A DNA stretch of 64,000 nt from Kiritimatiellia bacterium (GCA_050950285.1 JBMNHG010000011.1:310001-374000); one strand, 5' to 3'. Counted from the stretch's first letter, positions 44,093-54,760 are shown. A program made the numbers and translations. Notes: generated from the sequence alone by a model not told the origin.

Positions 44093-45277
44093 ATGCGCAA
44101 TATCGGGGAATTCCATCTCTCGTGTCAGATGGATCGTGATGCCAACGAGGACCGGGTCTGGGCCGGGCGGGTGCGTTTGCGGGATGGCACACGTGCCGTG
44201 CTGGCGTGTGTGGCGGATGGCGTGGGGGGCGCGCAACACGGTGCGGAGGTCGCCGAGATCGCCTTGCAGATGTTGCGTAAAGCGCTGCAGGAGGCATGTG
44301 CCGATATCCTCGAGACCGAGGTGGCGGCCAACGAATGGGCACGTGCCCTGGCCGAGTCGCTCCAGTCGGCGGTTGCCGCACAGTATGCGGGCGGCTTCAG
44401 CACCCTGTGCGCGGTGGTGCAGTGCGGACGGCGGCGGCTTGTGCTGAACGTGGGTGACTCGGGTGCCTACTGGGTCTCCAGGGATAGCGCGAGGCGGCTG
44501 ACCGACGAGCATACCGTGGCAAGTTGGATGCTGCAGGGGGGACAGGCCGAGGAGGAGATTCCCCCTAGAATGTTCAAGGCGCTGCACCGCGCAGTGGGCA
44601 AGCAGGCATCCGGCGGGGAGCTCTTCGACATCGCCATAGAGGCCTGCAATGAGAAGCGCGGCTGGGTTGTCGTGGCCAGTGACGGGGTGCTGGACTACAT
44701 CGGCGGCACCGAGTTGCGCGCGGCAGGTGCTGCGGCAACTTCAGCGTCCGGGATGGCGCGGCGCATCATGCGCGAGACGTTGCGTCTTGGGCGCCGGAGC
44801 GGGCGCAATCTCGACAACGCCTCCCTGGCGGTGCTGGCTTTACGACCGCGTGCCGCTACCACTATTAAATGGGTGGCAGCGCTTGCGGTGTTGGCGCTGA
44901 TACCGGTTTTCTGGCTTTTGCCATGGGGAGACGTGAAACCACCTGACGGGAAACCAAATGCTGAGCCCGGTATACCTGCCACTAATGAAACCAGCGATAT
45001 CGTCTGGACGAGAATTCAATTGCCCGAAGGTGTTGACGAGTGGCCACGCAATCCAGTGGCTGTCGCATCCACGAAGTGGGGCGGTCAACAAGAGCTGCCA
45101 CTGAAAGTAAGGCCGGATCAGTCTAATACCGCATGTCTGATAATCATGGGGTCTGGAGAATACAGCAATAAATCCATGCGTGTAGTTTTGAAACTAGACC
45201 CAAGGGAATTGATCTACGAGGGCCGGGTTGGTAATAGTGAATGGAAGAGGGTGTTTCCAAATGATGGCGGATCGTAA
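44093..45277 (+). CDS. PP2C/PPM Ser/Thr phosphatase with a TM helix and a C-terminal ectodomain
   Basis: NED, VADGVGG, NVGDS, LTDEHT, ASDGV, DNAS; TM WVAALAVLALIPVFWLL. Confidence 0.9.
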   Translation: MRNIGEFHLSCQMDRDANEDRVWAGRVRLRDGTRAVLACVADGVGGAQHGAEVAEIALQMLRKALQEACADILETEVAANEWARALAESLQSAVAAQYAGGFSTLCAVVQCGRRRLVLNVGDSGAYWVSRDSARRLTDEHTVASWMLQGGQAEEEIPPRMFKALHRAVGKQASGGELFDIAIEACNEKRGWVVVASDGVLDYIGGTELRAAGAAATSASGMARRIMRETLRLGRRSGRNLDNASLAVLALRPRAATTIKWVAALAVLALIPVFWLLPWGDVKPPDGKPNAEPGIPATNETSDIVWTRIQLPEGVDEWPRNPVAVASTKWGGQQELPLKVRPDQSNTACLIIMGSGEYSNKSMRVVLKLDPRELIYEGRVGNSEWKRVFPNDGGS

Positions 45278-45440
45278 AAAGACGTCGATGGCTCGTCTTC
45301 AACAAAGGGTCTGCCTGCCAAAACGACGGACAAGTAGTCGTTCGGACACATGAAAACATGTTAAGATGCCATTTCCGGGATATAAACGCGCAGGCGGAGT
45401 GAAGGGCAATGACTGTTGGCGTTCAAGATTGCCCTTGCCT

Positions 45441-46823
45441 ATGTCATGCCCTTGCCTTTTTTTACATAGCGTGCTTGTCCTGCTTCTCCTGTTTCTTCCG
45501 AGAAGCGGCGTAGCACAGTCCGGAGCCTTAATCGGGACGGCCTCAAATGACTGGCCTTCTTTTAAAAAAATTGAAATCAAACATAACGATGAAACGAAAT
45601 CACTTGAGGGGGTGGGCAAAAAAATAGAATTCGCAGATGGTCTTTTTGTTAACCTTTATACTGAGAGTAATAATCAAGGCCCTCAGGTTCAGTTGAAATC
45701 CAAGGACAAAAGGGCTTCTATCAACTGCACTTTTACCCTCTATGATTCCAGTAACAAACCATTTAAAAAAGGTTCAATCCAATGGACTGTAGGAGGAAAC
45801 AATTATGACACATCTTTTGAACCTATTGTTGAACCTGATAACTGGGCGAGGATGTTGTGGACGAGCATTGCTGTCGTGTTAGCACTCGTCTTGTTTGTAG
45901 GCATGCTGTTTAGGCGCAAAGATGGTTTGAATACCACAGGGGCTCGGAACAAGCGGAATGCGAAGCTGCGGGTGAAACCGGTGGCCGGATCATGGTCCAC
46001 GGCTGCTCATCTTGCGACCGGAGGTCTGGCGGAAGTCCGCCTCGTGCGCAAGAACCCGTTAGCCCCCCGCTATATCATGAAGATTCTGAAAGCACACTAT
46101 GCCGATGATGCGGCGTTTGTGAAGGCGCTGCATTACGAAACAGATGTCTTGTGCCATCTGGAGGCGACGGGTGTGCGCCGGGTGCCGCGTCTGATCGCGG
46201 CAAGTTGGGATCGTCCGGATGCAGGCGGCGAGCCATGGTACGTGATGACCCGGATGCCGGGGATGACGCTCAAGAATGCCAACCTCTCCTCATTCAGTTT
46301 GCGGGTGCGTCTGCGGCTGATCGCCGCGATAGCGACAACACTGGCGGAATGCCATGCCGCTGAGGTGGCGCACCGCGATCTGAGCCCCGACAACATCATG
46401 GTGCGGTCGGGAGCGGGATGTCGTTTCGTCGGATTGGTGGACTTCGGCAGTGCCTCGTTACAGGGGCGGCGCCACCCGCTCGGGCGCAAGTGGGTTCTGA
46501 AACAGCGCTTTGCCGCGCCGGAACAACTGCAGCAGGGGCTGGATGTGGCGGGGCCGGCGGCAGATGTCTATTCGCTGGGGATTGTGGCCTGCGAGCTTTT
46601 GCTTGGCAGCCATCCCTTCGCTGCGGAGGGCCAGTTGCCCCGACTGGAGGATCATCTGGGCTTTGACCGCGTCCAACTTGCCCAGCGGTTGACGCAGCGA
46701 GGTCTTAAAGCCGAGGTTGCCCAGGCAATCTGCTGTGTCATGCTGGCGGCGGATCCAGCGTCGCGCGGAACGATGCGCTTGTTGCTGACGGTGCTGCGGG
46801 GGGCCTATCCTTTTTTGCGCTGA
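45441..46823 (+). CDS. Hanks-type Ser/Thr kinase with signal peptide, N-terminal ectodomain, TM helix and C-terminal kinase domain
   Basis: TGGLAEV, IMKIL, HRDLSPDNIM, DFG, AAPEQ, DVYSLG; TM MLWTSIAVVLALVLFVGMLF-RRK; start could be 45366. Confidence 0.9.
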   Translation: MSCPCLFLHSVLVLLLLFLPRSGVAQSGALIGTASNDWPSFKKIEIKHNDETKSLEGVGKKIEFADGLFVNLYTESNNQGPQVQLKSKDKRASINCTFTLYDSSNKPFKKGSIQWTVGGNNYDTSFEPIVEPDNWARMLWTSIAVVLALVLFVGMLFRRKDGLNTTGARNKRNAKLRVKPVAGSWSTAAHLATGGLAEVRLVRKNPLAPRYIMKILKAHYADDAAFVKALHYETDVLCHLEATGVRRVPRLIAASWDRPDAGGEPWYVMTRMPGMTLKNANLSSFSLRVRLRLIAAIATTLAECHAAEVAHRDLSPDNIMVRSGAGCRFVGLVDFGSASLQGRRHPLGRKWVLKQRFAAPEQLQQGLDVAGPAADVYSLGIVACELLLGSHPFAAEGQLPRLEDHLGFDRVQLAQRLTQRGLKAEVAQAICCVMLAADPASRGTMRLLLTVLRGAYPFLR

Positions 46824-46872
46824 CATGTGCCACCAACTCTGGACTATGTTTGATACTGACGCGAGGAGTGCT

Positions 46873-47979
46873 ATGAAGAAACGACAAGTCGGATGGCGGG
46901 TGCCCGGAGCGCTGTCATGGAGACGGGGCAGAGAGACGGCTGGTTCGTCGCCGTCATGGCGCTTGTGGGGGCTGCGATTGATGCTGGCCACTGGGCTGGC
47001 GCTGGGGATGGCGATACCGGAGGCCCGTGGCGATAAGGCGGCGTACACGGATTTTGTGCAAGTGTATGTCGTGGGTGATGCGAACCGGGATGGCAGTTGG
47101 AATGCCCGGCCGGTCGCCCGCCGGATCCATGAGGTTTTTTTGCCGCGGGTTGGCGATGATGCCATGGCGATGCAGGCTATCGGAGTTCGTGATTCCGGTG
47201 ACGTTTATTCGCTGAAGGTTGCCGAGGTAGCGGAACGTGGAATTGTCCTGTCGCCCCGGCGGGATTGTGGGTTGGATCTATCGGGTTTGCATGTTGGCGT
47301 TACAAGGTGGCAAAGTTGGTGGACGCGCAGCAGGAAAGCGGTGGAGAAGCTGGAAGCGAGCGCACGTATTGCCAGGTTTTCCGAGCAAGCGCAGTTCTTT
47401 TTACAGCCTCCCTACAGGGAGTTGGTCATCGAGGAGGCGGCGCGCACGCCAGTTGCCCATGCGTATTGGCGTGGCATCCGTAGTGAGTTGGACGCTGGGT
47501 TGCAAGAGGTCGTCAAACTGAGCGAGGCCGAACTGATTGAGCGGCGAGGCGCTCTGACGTATGCCTTGAAACGCTGTCGTGCGCTTGCGAAAGACTGGAA
47601 AGACGATCATGATAAGGATTCCGAAGCGAGTTGGGAGGGAGATACGGTGCGCCACCTCCAGCGGGCGGAAGACGCCCTTAACAAGCTCGAGAGTCGCGGC
47701 GTCTTGCGCATCATCAACAGGAGCGGACGCGATCTGGAGGTGCGGCTGGATACAATCCGGCCTTCTACTTATAGTCTGTCACAGTGGGTTGTTGAAAAGC
47801 GCGGCGCCCCGTTCCGGCTGGTCGCTGGTGGTTCGTATGACCTTGTAGTCAGCGAGGAGCCCCGTTGGCGGCGTTGCTCCTGGCGGCTGCCGGGATCAGA
47901 AATAGAGCGTGGAGGCGACGTTCGCGAAGTTAAGCCAGGCAAACTTGTTGAGTGGCAGATCAAGGGGGCGCGGGAGTGA
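46873..47979 (+). CDS. Exported hypothetical protein
   Basis: GAGGAG RBS; hydrophobic signal ending ARG; stop overlaps the next GTG. Confidence 0.65.
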   Translation: MKKRQVGWRVPGALSWRRGRETAGSSPSWRLWGLRLMLATGLALGMAIPEARGDKAAYTDFVQVYVVGDANRDGSWNARPVARRIHEVFLPRVGDDAMAMQAIGVRDSGDVYSLKVAEVAERGIVLSPRRDCGLDLSGLHVGVTRWQSWWTRSRKAVEKLEASARIARFSEQAQFFLQPPYRELVIEEAARTPVAHAYWRGIRSELDAGLQEVVKLSEAELIERRGALTYALKRCRALAKDWKDDHDKDSEASWEGDTVRHLQRAEDALNKLESRGVLRIINRSGRDLEVRLDTIRPSTYSLSQWVVEKRGAPFRLVAGGSYDLVVSEEPRWRRCSWRLPGSEIERGGDVREVKPGKLVEWQIKGARE

Positions 47980-50604
47980 GTTGCTGCGGCCACCGGATCG
48001 GCATCGTGCATGCGGTGGCGGGATTGTACCTGTGTTCAGCCGCGGCGTTTGGTGCAGAGAACCGGGAAGACTATGTGTACAAGGCAATGGCAACAGGCAA
48101 CGATAACGGTCTTGTGACGGTGTGGATCGACGAGCCGAAGAACACCTCGTTGTGCAAGGAGGGCGACAACGCATACATGTACGGGGTGCCAGAAAAGTAT
48201 AGGGAGTTTAGAGTAAACAACGTTCAGGGTAACAATATAACTTTGGAGTCGGTTGCAAAAGGGTTTTCATTAAATGTGGAAGACGCAGAAGTATGGCTTG
48301 TCACCTGGAGCGATGTCGGCAGGCGCTGGCAGGAAAAACTGCAAAGCAGGAAAGGCAAGGATGTAGAGGAGGTGCTCCGGGAGGTTGCCGCGTTTCGTGA
48401 TCCCAAAGGTGGCAGGTACAAGGAGAATGCCTATCTTCGCACGCGCAGCGAAGTTGATGCCGTTTGGAGCAGTGTGCCACTGAACGATAAGTTAATCGAG
48501 AACTATAAGAAAGCCTTTGACCGCAATCCACCCAGCGGTGACGGGGACGCTGGTGGTTAATAACACGGGAGAAGTGCCGCTCAAGGTGGAGATAGGCGGT
48601 CAAACGGGGGACGTGAAACCGCATCAGAGTGTGGATCTGTCCGTGACCGCGGGTGTGAAGCATTCCGTGAAGTATGAGCCAACGGGTGAAAATGCAGATG
48701 ATTTCAATGCGGGTGAGAAAGAAGTCATGGTGCCTATTGAAGGGAAATTGGCGACGGTCTTACTGGCGGCAACCGTGAAGGGCGATCCTGTGCTGACGGT
48801 TCGGAACACGGGCGCTGTGGCGTTGCAGGTGACGGTGCTTGCGGGTGGTGCCAAGGTCAAGGAAGGGACGTTCGAACTGGCGAAAGGGGCGTCTAGGGAA
48901 GTGACAGTACCGCCCGGCATGGACTTGAAGATTCGTTACGAAGCGCAGGAAGATTCGGCAAGTGACTATGACAAGGGCGAGGCTGTCCAGACGGCTCTGA
49001 AGCGCGGCACCACGGCGACGAAGGATTTAACGGCCACGTTGAAGCCGGAACCTGTGCTGACGGTTCGGAACACGGGCGCTGTGGCGTTGCAGGTGACGGT
49101 GCTTGCGGGTGGTGCCAAGGTCAAGGAAGGGACGTTCGAACTGGCGAAAGGGGCGTCTAGGGAAGTGACAGTACCGCCCGGCATGGACTTGAAGATTCGT
49201 TACGAAGCGCAGGAAGATTCGGCAAGTGACTATGACAAGGGCGAGGCCGTCCAGACGGCTCTGAAGCGCGGCACCACGGCGACGAAGGATTTAACGGCCA
49301 CGTTGAAGCCGGAACCTGTGCTGACGGTTCGGAACACGGGCGCTGTGGCGCTGAAGGTCACGGTGCTGGCGGACGGCGAGGCCGTCGGGAAAGCGTTCGA
49401 ACTGGAGAAAGGGGCGTCCTGGGAAGTGACAGTACCGCCCGGCATGGACTTGAAGATTCGTTACGAAGCGCAGGAAGATTCGGCAAGTGACTATGACAAG
49501 GGCGAGGCCGTCCAGACGGCTCTGAAGCGCGGCACCACGGCGACGAAGGATTTAACGGCCACGTTGAAGCCGGAACCTGTGCTGACGGTTCGGAACACGG
49601 GCGCTGTGGCGTTGCAGGTGACGGTGCTTGCGGGTGGTGCCAAGGTCAAGGAAGGGACGTTCGAACTGGCGAAAGGGGCGTCTAGGGAAGTGACGGTGCC
49701 ACCCCATGTGCCTTTGACGATCCGCTATGAGCCGTTGGACGCCATGATCGATGGCTATGTTGCGGACGAGGCCGTCCAGACGGCTCTGAAGCGCGGCACC
49801 ACGGCGACGAAGGATTTAACGGCCACGTTGAAGCCGGAACCTGTGCTGACGGTTCGGAACACGGGCGCTGTGGCGTTGCAGGTGACGGTGCTTACGGGTG
49901 GTGCCAAGGTCAAGGAAGGGACGTTCGAGCTGGAGAAAGAGGCGTCTAGGGAAGTGACAGTACCGCCCGGCATGGACTTGAAGATTCACTACGAGCCGAT
50001 TGGGAATGAGCGTGACGCCTTTGAGGCGGGGGAGGCGCATGCAGCGGCGTTGGAGCGCGGAACACAAGGCGCGGTTTCGCTGTCGGCGAGCAAATCGCTT
50101 GCCGGACGCTTGCAGGACGTTCGCGACATATTGGAAATCAAATTAATGGGCGATGTGACGTCACCAGAGGAGCCCATTCGTGATGAAGGAGAGGCTTGGG
50201 AGGCACTGGCGGTGTCGAAGAGGTGGTTCGACGATTTCATGAGAATCAAAGATTTGCCTCCGCCGGAGGAAGTTGCGAAAAATGCTCCTTGGAGCATACG
50301 CTTGGCTGGAACGAGCCTTGACCAGCTCGGAACGCAGGCTCACAGGATACGTGCCGCCGGACAGATGGCGAAACTCCCCCCGGTCGACAAGACGCCGGAC
50401 GACCTGAAGGAGTGGCGCAAGTGGGCTGAGGGTTTCTTAAGGGTGCTGGACGGCGGAGAGGCGGAGTTCAGCCGGGAGGCACAGGCGGCCTTTGTACTGG
50501 TTCAGCGTGGATTGCGGGCGCTTGACGACAACAGTCTGGCCGGCGTGGAGACGTTTGGCGAGTTTATACGCGGCAAGGGCGATGATGGCAAGAAGGGCCG
50601 GTAG
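47976..50604 (+). CDS. Exported protein with five tandem ~88-aa beta-sandwich-like repeats; probable frameshift at ~48530 joins ORFs 47952-48560 and 48517-50604
   Basis: Overlapping ORFs with no good start for the second; repeat PVLTVRNTGAVALQVTV...KDLTATLK. Confidence 0.7.
48787..50095 (+). repeat. 264-bp tandem repeat, five copies
   Basis: Unit starts at 48787, 49051, 49315, 49576, 49840. Confidence 0.93.
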
Positions 50605-50655
50605 TCGCTTTTAGAACAGGCATTGAGCAAAGGACCAAGGCAGGGAGCACGTCAA

Positions 50656-52803
50656 ATGAGGCGCATGGATGGATGGACTATTGCGGGAAAACTGGCCTGC
50701 ATCCTAGGGCTAGCCGTCTGTTGTCTCCCGGTGCGGTTGGCGCAGGCGCACACGGGGAGTGATTCATATCACGGCTACCGGACGCTGCAGACGCTTTCAT
50801 ACGATAATGGCCGTGGTGTCCGCGGACATTTGCCGTGTGCGGCGGAACTGTTGATCAGAAGGTGCTTGGAGACGCCGGAGAGGGCCATATACCACTATGG
50901 CTTCATAGAGGACGCTTTGGTCACCAGTGACCGCGCCGTGGAAATCACGCTGCCATCGGTCGAGTTGCAGCGTAACCGCATGACGGAGCGGTTTGTGGGT
51001 GGCGATGCCCTTTTGCGCAACTTCGGAGGCGTGGCCAACATGGCCCTTGGGCGCGTTGAGGGGCGTATTCCCGCCGACGGGCGGCTGCATTGGCGGACAT
51101 TCCGTTTTCCATCGAGTTCCGGGTTTCCCGCGCAGATCGGCTATGGATTGCAGGCCCGGAAGGAGCGGTTGCCTAACGGCACGCCTGTCCTGGCCTTCCT
51201 TGCCGTTTCCCATCCCTTTACGTATGCCTTGCCTGGCGGGGGTGGCTCGTCTGTGCTTGGCGAGCAGCGGGCATTTGCCATCATGACGGTGGATATGGAT
51301 GACGTGCTGATGTATGCCGGGCGCTTCTCCGCCAAGGTCATTGACGGCGCCGATAAGGGTGCCGAGATGGTGGTGGAGCAGGTGGCTGTGAGAGTCGAGG
51401 GTGAAAAGGCGCTTTCCATGGCCGGGTTGGGCGGCTGGTTTGACGACTGGTGGGCGGCGGTGGGCTTTACCAAGGGTGTGGAGCGCGCGCCTTTGGCCGT
51501 CGCATGGCCGTCCTGGGTGCTGCATTCGCTGTCCGTAAGAGGGTTCGCCGAAGTCGTGTGCGGTGCCGCCATGGAGGGACGGCCCAATTTCACGATAACT
51601 GCCACCGTGGGGATGGTGCTGCTGCTGGATTCGGCAGTCAGTGTGACAACGACACTGCTCAAGGAGATGGGAGTCATAGACCGTGCCTGGGCGGGGATTC
51701 CGGCAACGTCCGGTCGCGGCGTCGGACTGGGGCTGGCCTATGGCTTGGAGAAGTTTACCGACGTTCGGGTGGACAATGAGAGATGGGGTGAGTGGGGGAG
51801 TTTGGCGGGGAGCGTCGCATCGCTTTTCATCCCCTCCTCATGGAGCGGGGCGGGGGTCGAGATCGGCAATGGAGGCGTCAAGGTGCTAAGAGACGTCTCA
51901 CTGGCCGGCAAGAACCTAAGAATATCCAGCCAGGGGATCCAGTTGGTAAAGGGCGGCACCAGTTGGCTGGAGCAGGCCAGTACCTATACGAAGGCCAGCA
52001 ATTTGAAGAAAATCCTCTCGGCAACCAAGACAGGTATGAAGGCAGGTGTTATGCTGGCCGAGGAGCCGGTCGTCAGTTATGTCGTTGATCAGGCTTCAGA
52101 CATAGTTGCGCGATTGGGCACACGCGAGGCCCTTGAAAGGTTTCTCGAGGACAACCCACGTCATCCGGAGCGCGAGAAGGTTCGCGAGGCATTGCTTGCG
52201 GCCCGCGGGCGTCCGCTTGCCGCATTGATCAAGGAGGGGTACGTCGAGGCCGAAGGACATGGTATAAACATTAAGCGGGCCACTCTGCGTCTCCGCCGCC
52301 GAGTGCCGCACCACGTCACGGTGATCGTGCCGCGGGGAACCTATCTCGCGTCGCGCTCCGCACCAGTGCAGAACATGATCGTCATTGCCCCAAGCCGGGC
52401 CGAGCTGAGATCCGACGGGTGGTTTGAGGTGCCTTTGTCGGTGGCCTGTGCCAACCGGAACAAGAAGGAACCTTCCACCGAGAGCCGTTTCGATGTGCAT
52501 TCCGGGCCGGAATCGCTGGCTCTTTTCAGGCTTGTGGCGGAGCTGGACGAGATGGGCGCGCCGTTGGAATTGGTGCAAAGGGCGGTGTGGTGTGTTACGG
52601 ACGATCCCGGCCTGGCCGATAGCGGGTTTTTCAAGCACGGCGTTGTGAAGCCGGAATACGCCAACCTGCTGGCCAACATTCTCGTGATCTGTGGCGAATC
52701 GGGGATAGACGTCCGCAAGCGCAAGCTATGGGCGGATCGGGGCCGGTTCATGGATGCTGTCACGAAGGGCGAGCTTCGCCGGCGCCTGAATCGCCTGCCA
52801 TGA
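50656..52803 (+). CDS. Exported hypothetical protein (~715 aa) with a hydrophobic Gly-rich middle and a Cys...QxAVW C-terminal domain
   Basis: Signal peptide ending AQA; VACAN ... VQRAVWCVTD. Confidence 0.7.
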   Translation: MRRMDGWTIAGKLACILGLAVCCLPVRLAQAHTGSDSYHGYRTLQTLSYDNGRGVRGHLPCAAELLIRRCLETPERAIYHYGFIEDALVTSDRAVEITLPSVELQRNRMTERFVGGDALLRNFGGVANMALGRVEGRIPADGRLHWRTFRFPSSSGFPAQIGYGLQARKERLPNGTPVLAFLAVSHPFTYALPGGGGSSVLGEQRAFAIMTVDMDDVLMYAGRFSAKVIDGADKGAEMVVEQVAVRVEGEKALSMAGLGGWFDDWWAAVGFTKGVERAPLAVAWPSWVLHSLSVRGFAEVVCGAAMEGRPNFTITATVGMVLLLDSAVSVTTTLLKEMGVIDRAWAGIPATSGRGVGLGLAYGLEKFTDVRVDNERWGEWGSLAGSVASLFIPSSWSGAGVEIGNGGVKVLRDVSLAGKNLRISSQGIQLVKGGTSWLEQASTYTKASNLKKILSATKTGMKAGVMLAEEPVVSYVVDQASDIVARLGTREALERFLEDNPRHPEREKVREALLAARGRPLAALIKEGYVEAEGHGINIKRATLRLRRRVPHHVTVIVPRGTYLASRSAPVQNMIVIAPSRAELRSDGWFEVPLSVACANRNKKEPSTESRFDVHSGPESLALFRLVAELDEMGAPLELVQRAVWCVTDDPGLADSGFFKHGVVKPEYANLLANILVICGESGIDVRKRKLWADRGRFMDAVTKGELRRRLNRLP

Positions 52804-52859
52804 AGTTTAGGAGCGTGTTTTCTGGCCGTAAGGCACGGCGGGCGTTTGTCAGTCTGGAC

Positions 52860-52975
52860 GAGGCTAGGCGCTGGTTCCGGGAGGCGCAGGATTGGCGCGG
52901 GCCGTACACCGGACTTTTTTTTGTAAGAAAAGGGAGACTGGATGCGTACTAGATGGTAGCAAGGTAGCTCAACAG
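52860..52975 (+). repeat. ~115-bp intergenic direct repeat, copy 1, with ECF-like promoter TGTAAG-N17-CGTACT
   Basis: Closely matches 54323-54437. Confidence 0.85.
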
Positions 52976-53000
52976 GGAGTTCGAAAGAAAGGAAAGAGAA

Positions 53001-53666
53001 ATGAATAGTGTAGCCGAGAAGACGTGTCCGTTCTGCGGCGAGTTGATCAAGGCCGAGGCGATCAAGTGCCGGTTCTGCGGTGAAATGCTCGATCATCCGG
53101 CCGGCGGTCGCTTGGCGGGGGCGGAACATGCGCGGCAGACCCCGCTGGGGCATGCCGTCGGCACCGACACCGAGGTGCTGTTCGAGGGCGGAGTTTCGCG
53201 GGTCGCCTTGATCGGGCCCACCATCGGCCTGGTCTTCTGGCTGGTGGTCGCCTTGATGATCGGCAACATCGGCTCCGACGCCAGTCGCGGCACCGAGTTT
53301 GAGGGGATTCCCGGCCTGGTTGCCCTGCTCGTCGGACTGTCAGCCGTCCTCTATTGGATCTACAAGTGGATTGTTCTTAAGAGCCGGGTTTTCAGGATCA
53401 CCAATGACCGCGTGGAATTCGAGCAGGGGATCCTCTCGAAATCGGTACACAACATGGATATGTGGCGAGTCCAGGACATCGCGTTCAACCAAAGCCTGCT
53501 TCAGCGGCTGCTGGGCCTGGGGCGTGTGCTGATCCTGTCGTCCGACAAGGATACGCCAATCCTGAACATCGGACCAATCCATAACGCGCGGGCTCTTTAC
53601 GAGAGGCTTAAAAAGATCCAGATCGAGGCGGATCGCCGACGTGGCGTGATCCACTTCGAGCAATAG
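53001..53666 (+). CDS. Zinc-ribbon + 2TM + bacterial PH (bPH_2) domain protein
   Basis: CPFCGELIKAEAIKCRFCG; FRITNDRV..QGILSK...VQDI...QSLLQRLLGLG. Confidence 0.85.
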   Translation: MNSVAEKTCPFCGELIKAEAIKCRFCGEMLDHPAGGRLAGAEHARQTPLGHAVGTDTEVLFEGGVSRVALIGPTIGLVFWLVVALMIGNIGSDASRGTEFEGIPGLVALLVGLSAVLYWIYKWIVLKSRVFRITNDRVEFEQGILSKSVHNMDMWRVQDIAFNQSLLQRLLGLGRVLILSSDKDTPILNIGPIHNARALYERLKKIQIEADRRRGVIHFEQ

Positions 53667-53691
53667 CGGCGTTTCTTGAAAGGCAAGAACA

Positions 53692-54324
53692 ATGGACATT
53701 CCACAAGATTGGTTGAATTGGATCATCGGCTTGGGCATTCCGGTCGGTTGCATCCAGTGTTTCTTTGGCTTCCGCATCTTCAAAATCATCCTCGGCCTCA
53801 TGGGCTTTCTGATTGGCGCCTTGCTTGCCGGCGCCTTGGGCTCGATGATTTCCCAAGATGGGATGGTGGTCTTGCTGACGGCGTTGGTGGGCGGTTTGAT
53901 CGGTTCGATGCTGATGGTTGCACTCTATGTCGTCGGGGTTTTTCTGATGGGCGCCTTTCTCGGAGGCACGCTGGGCGTCGTGCTCGCCTCTGTTGCACAA
54001 AGCGACCCCGAGCCTGCCACGCTGCTGATCCTTGCCGTCATTGGAGGGGTGCTTGCCGTGATCTTCCAGAAGTTCATGATCATTGTTTCCACGGGATTTG
54101 GCGGCTCTTGGAACGTCGTTACCGGGATTGCCTACTTCACCATCGGAGACATGGCGACAGACAGCATCGAACAGATGGTCCGATCCGGCGGCAGCCAGAA
54201 TTACGCCATGCTTTTGTGCTGGATCGTCCTGGGGTTGCTCGGGGTGGCCACCCAATACAAGATGTTGCCGACTCCGGAAACATCGGGAGACATGAATAAG
54301 ACGCCGAACGATCGATCAGGATGA
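53692..54324 (+). CDS. DUF4203-like membrane protein
   Basis: QCFFGFRIFK, GFLIG, STGFGG, C-terminal LG...QY; about seven TM helices. Confidence 0.75.
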   Translation: MDIPQDWLNWIIGLGIPVGCIQCFFGFRIFKIILGLMGFLIGALLAGALGSMISQDGMVVLLTALVGGLIGSMLMVALYVVGVFLMGAFLGGTLGVVLASVAQSDPEPATLLILAVIGGVLAVIFQKFMIIVSTGFGGSWNVVTGIAYFTIGDMATDSIEQMVRSGGSQNYAMLLCWIVLGLLGVATQYKMLPTPETSGDMNKTPNDRSG

Positions 54325-54437
54325 GGCGAGGCGCTGGTTCCGGGAGGCGCAGGATTGGCGTGGGCCGCACACCGGACTTTTTTTGTAAGAAAGGGGAGGC
54401 TGGATGCGTACTAGATGGTAGTAAGGTGGCTCAACAG
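54323..54437 (+). repeat. ~115-bp intergenic direct repeat, copy 2
   Basis: Matches 52860-52975. Confidence 0.85.
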
Positions 54438-54624
54438 AAAGAAGCGACATGGCCGGGAATCGAGACGAAGATCTGCCGACGCGGAACAGCCCCCTGGGGC
54501 GGCTGAAGGATCTGGACGACCAGACAGGCTGGCGCGATTTCTCCGCATTACAGGCGACAGCCTGCGGATCATCGCAGCGAGCTCCAGTCGCTGGTATCGT
54601 GGCAGCGTCCGGGAGGCGCCTGGA

Positions 54625-54760
54625 GCTCCGTCAACGACATCCTGGTGGCCGATGTCACCGGGGACGGCATCAAGGAAGTCGTTGTCGCCTCCGGCCCCGG
54701 CGATGCCGATTCACGCGTGGAAGTCTTCACGGTGCGCCTGCCCGTTGCAGTCCGGCGAAA
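54625..54760 (+). pseudogene. FG-GAP/VCBS-like repeat fragment
   Basis: DILVADVTGDGIKEVVVASG in a short broken frame. Confidence 0.4.

Noticed and set aside
42615..46823. Type VI secretion regulatory module (Fha/PppA/PpkA) or TerY-P triad
   Set aside because: No T6SS structural genes and no clear MIDAS-bearing vWA protein in the window; the membrane topologies differ from those systems.
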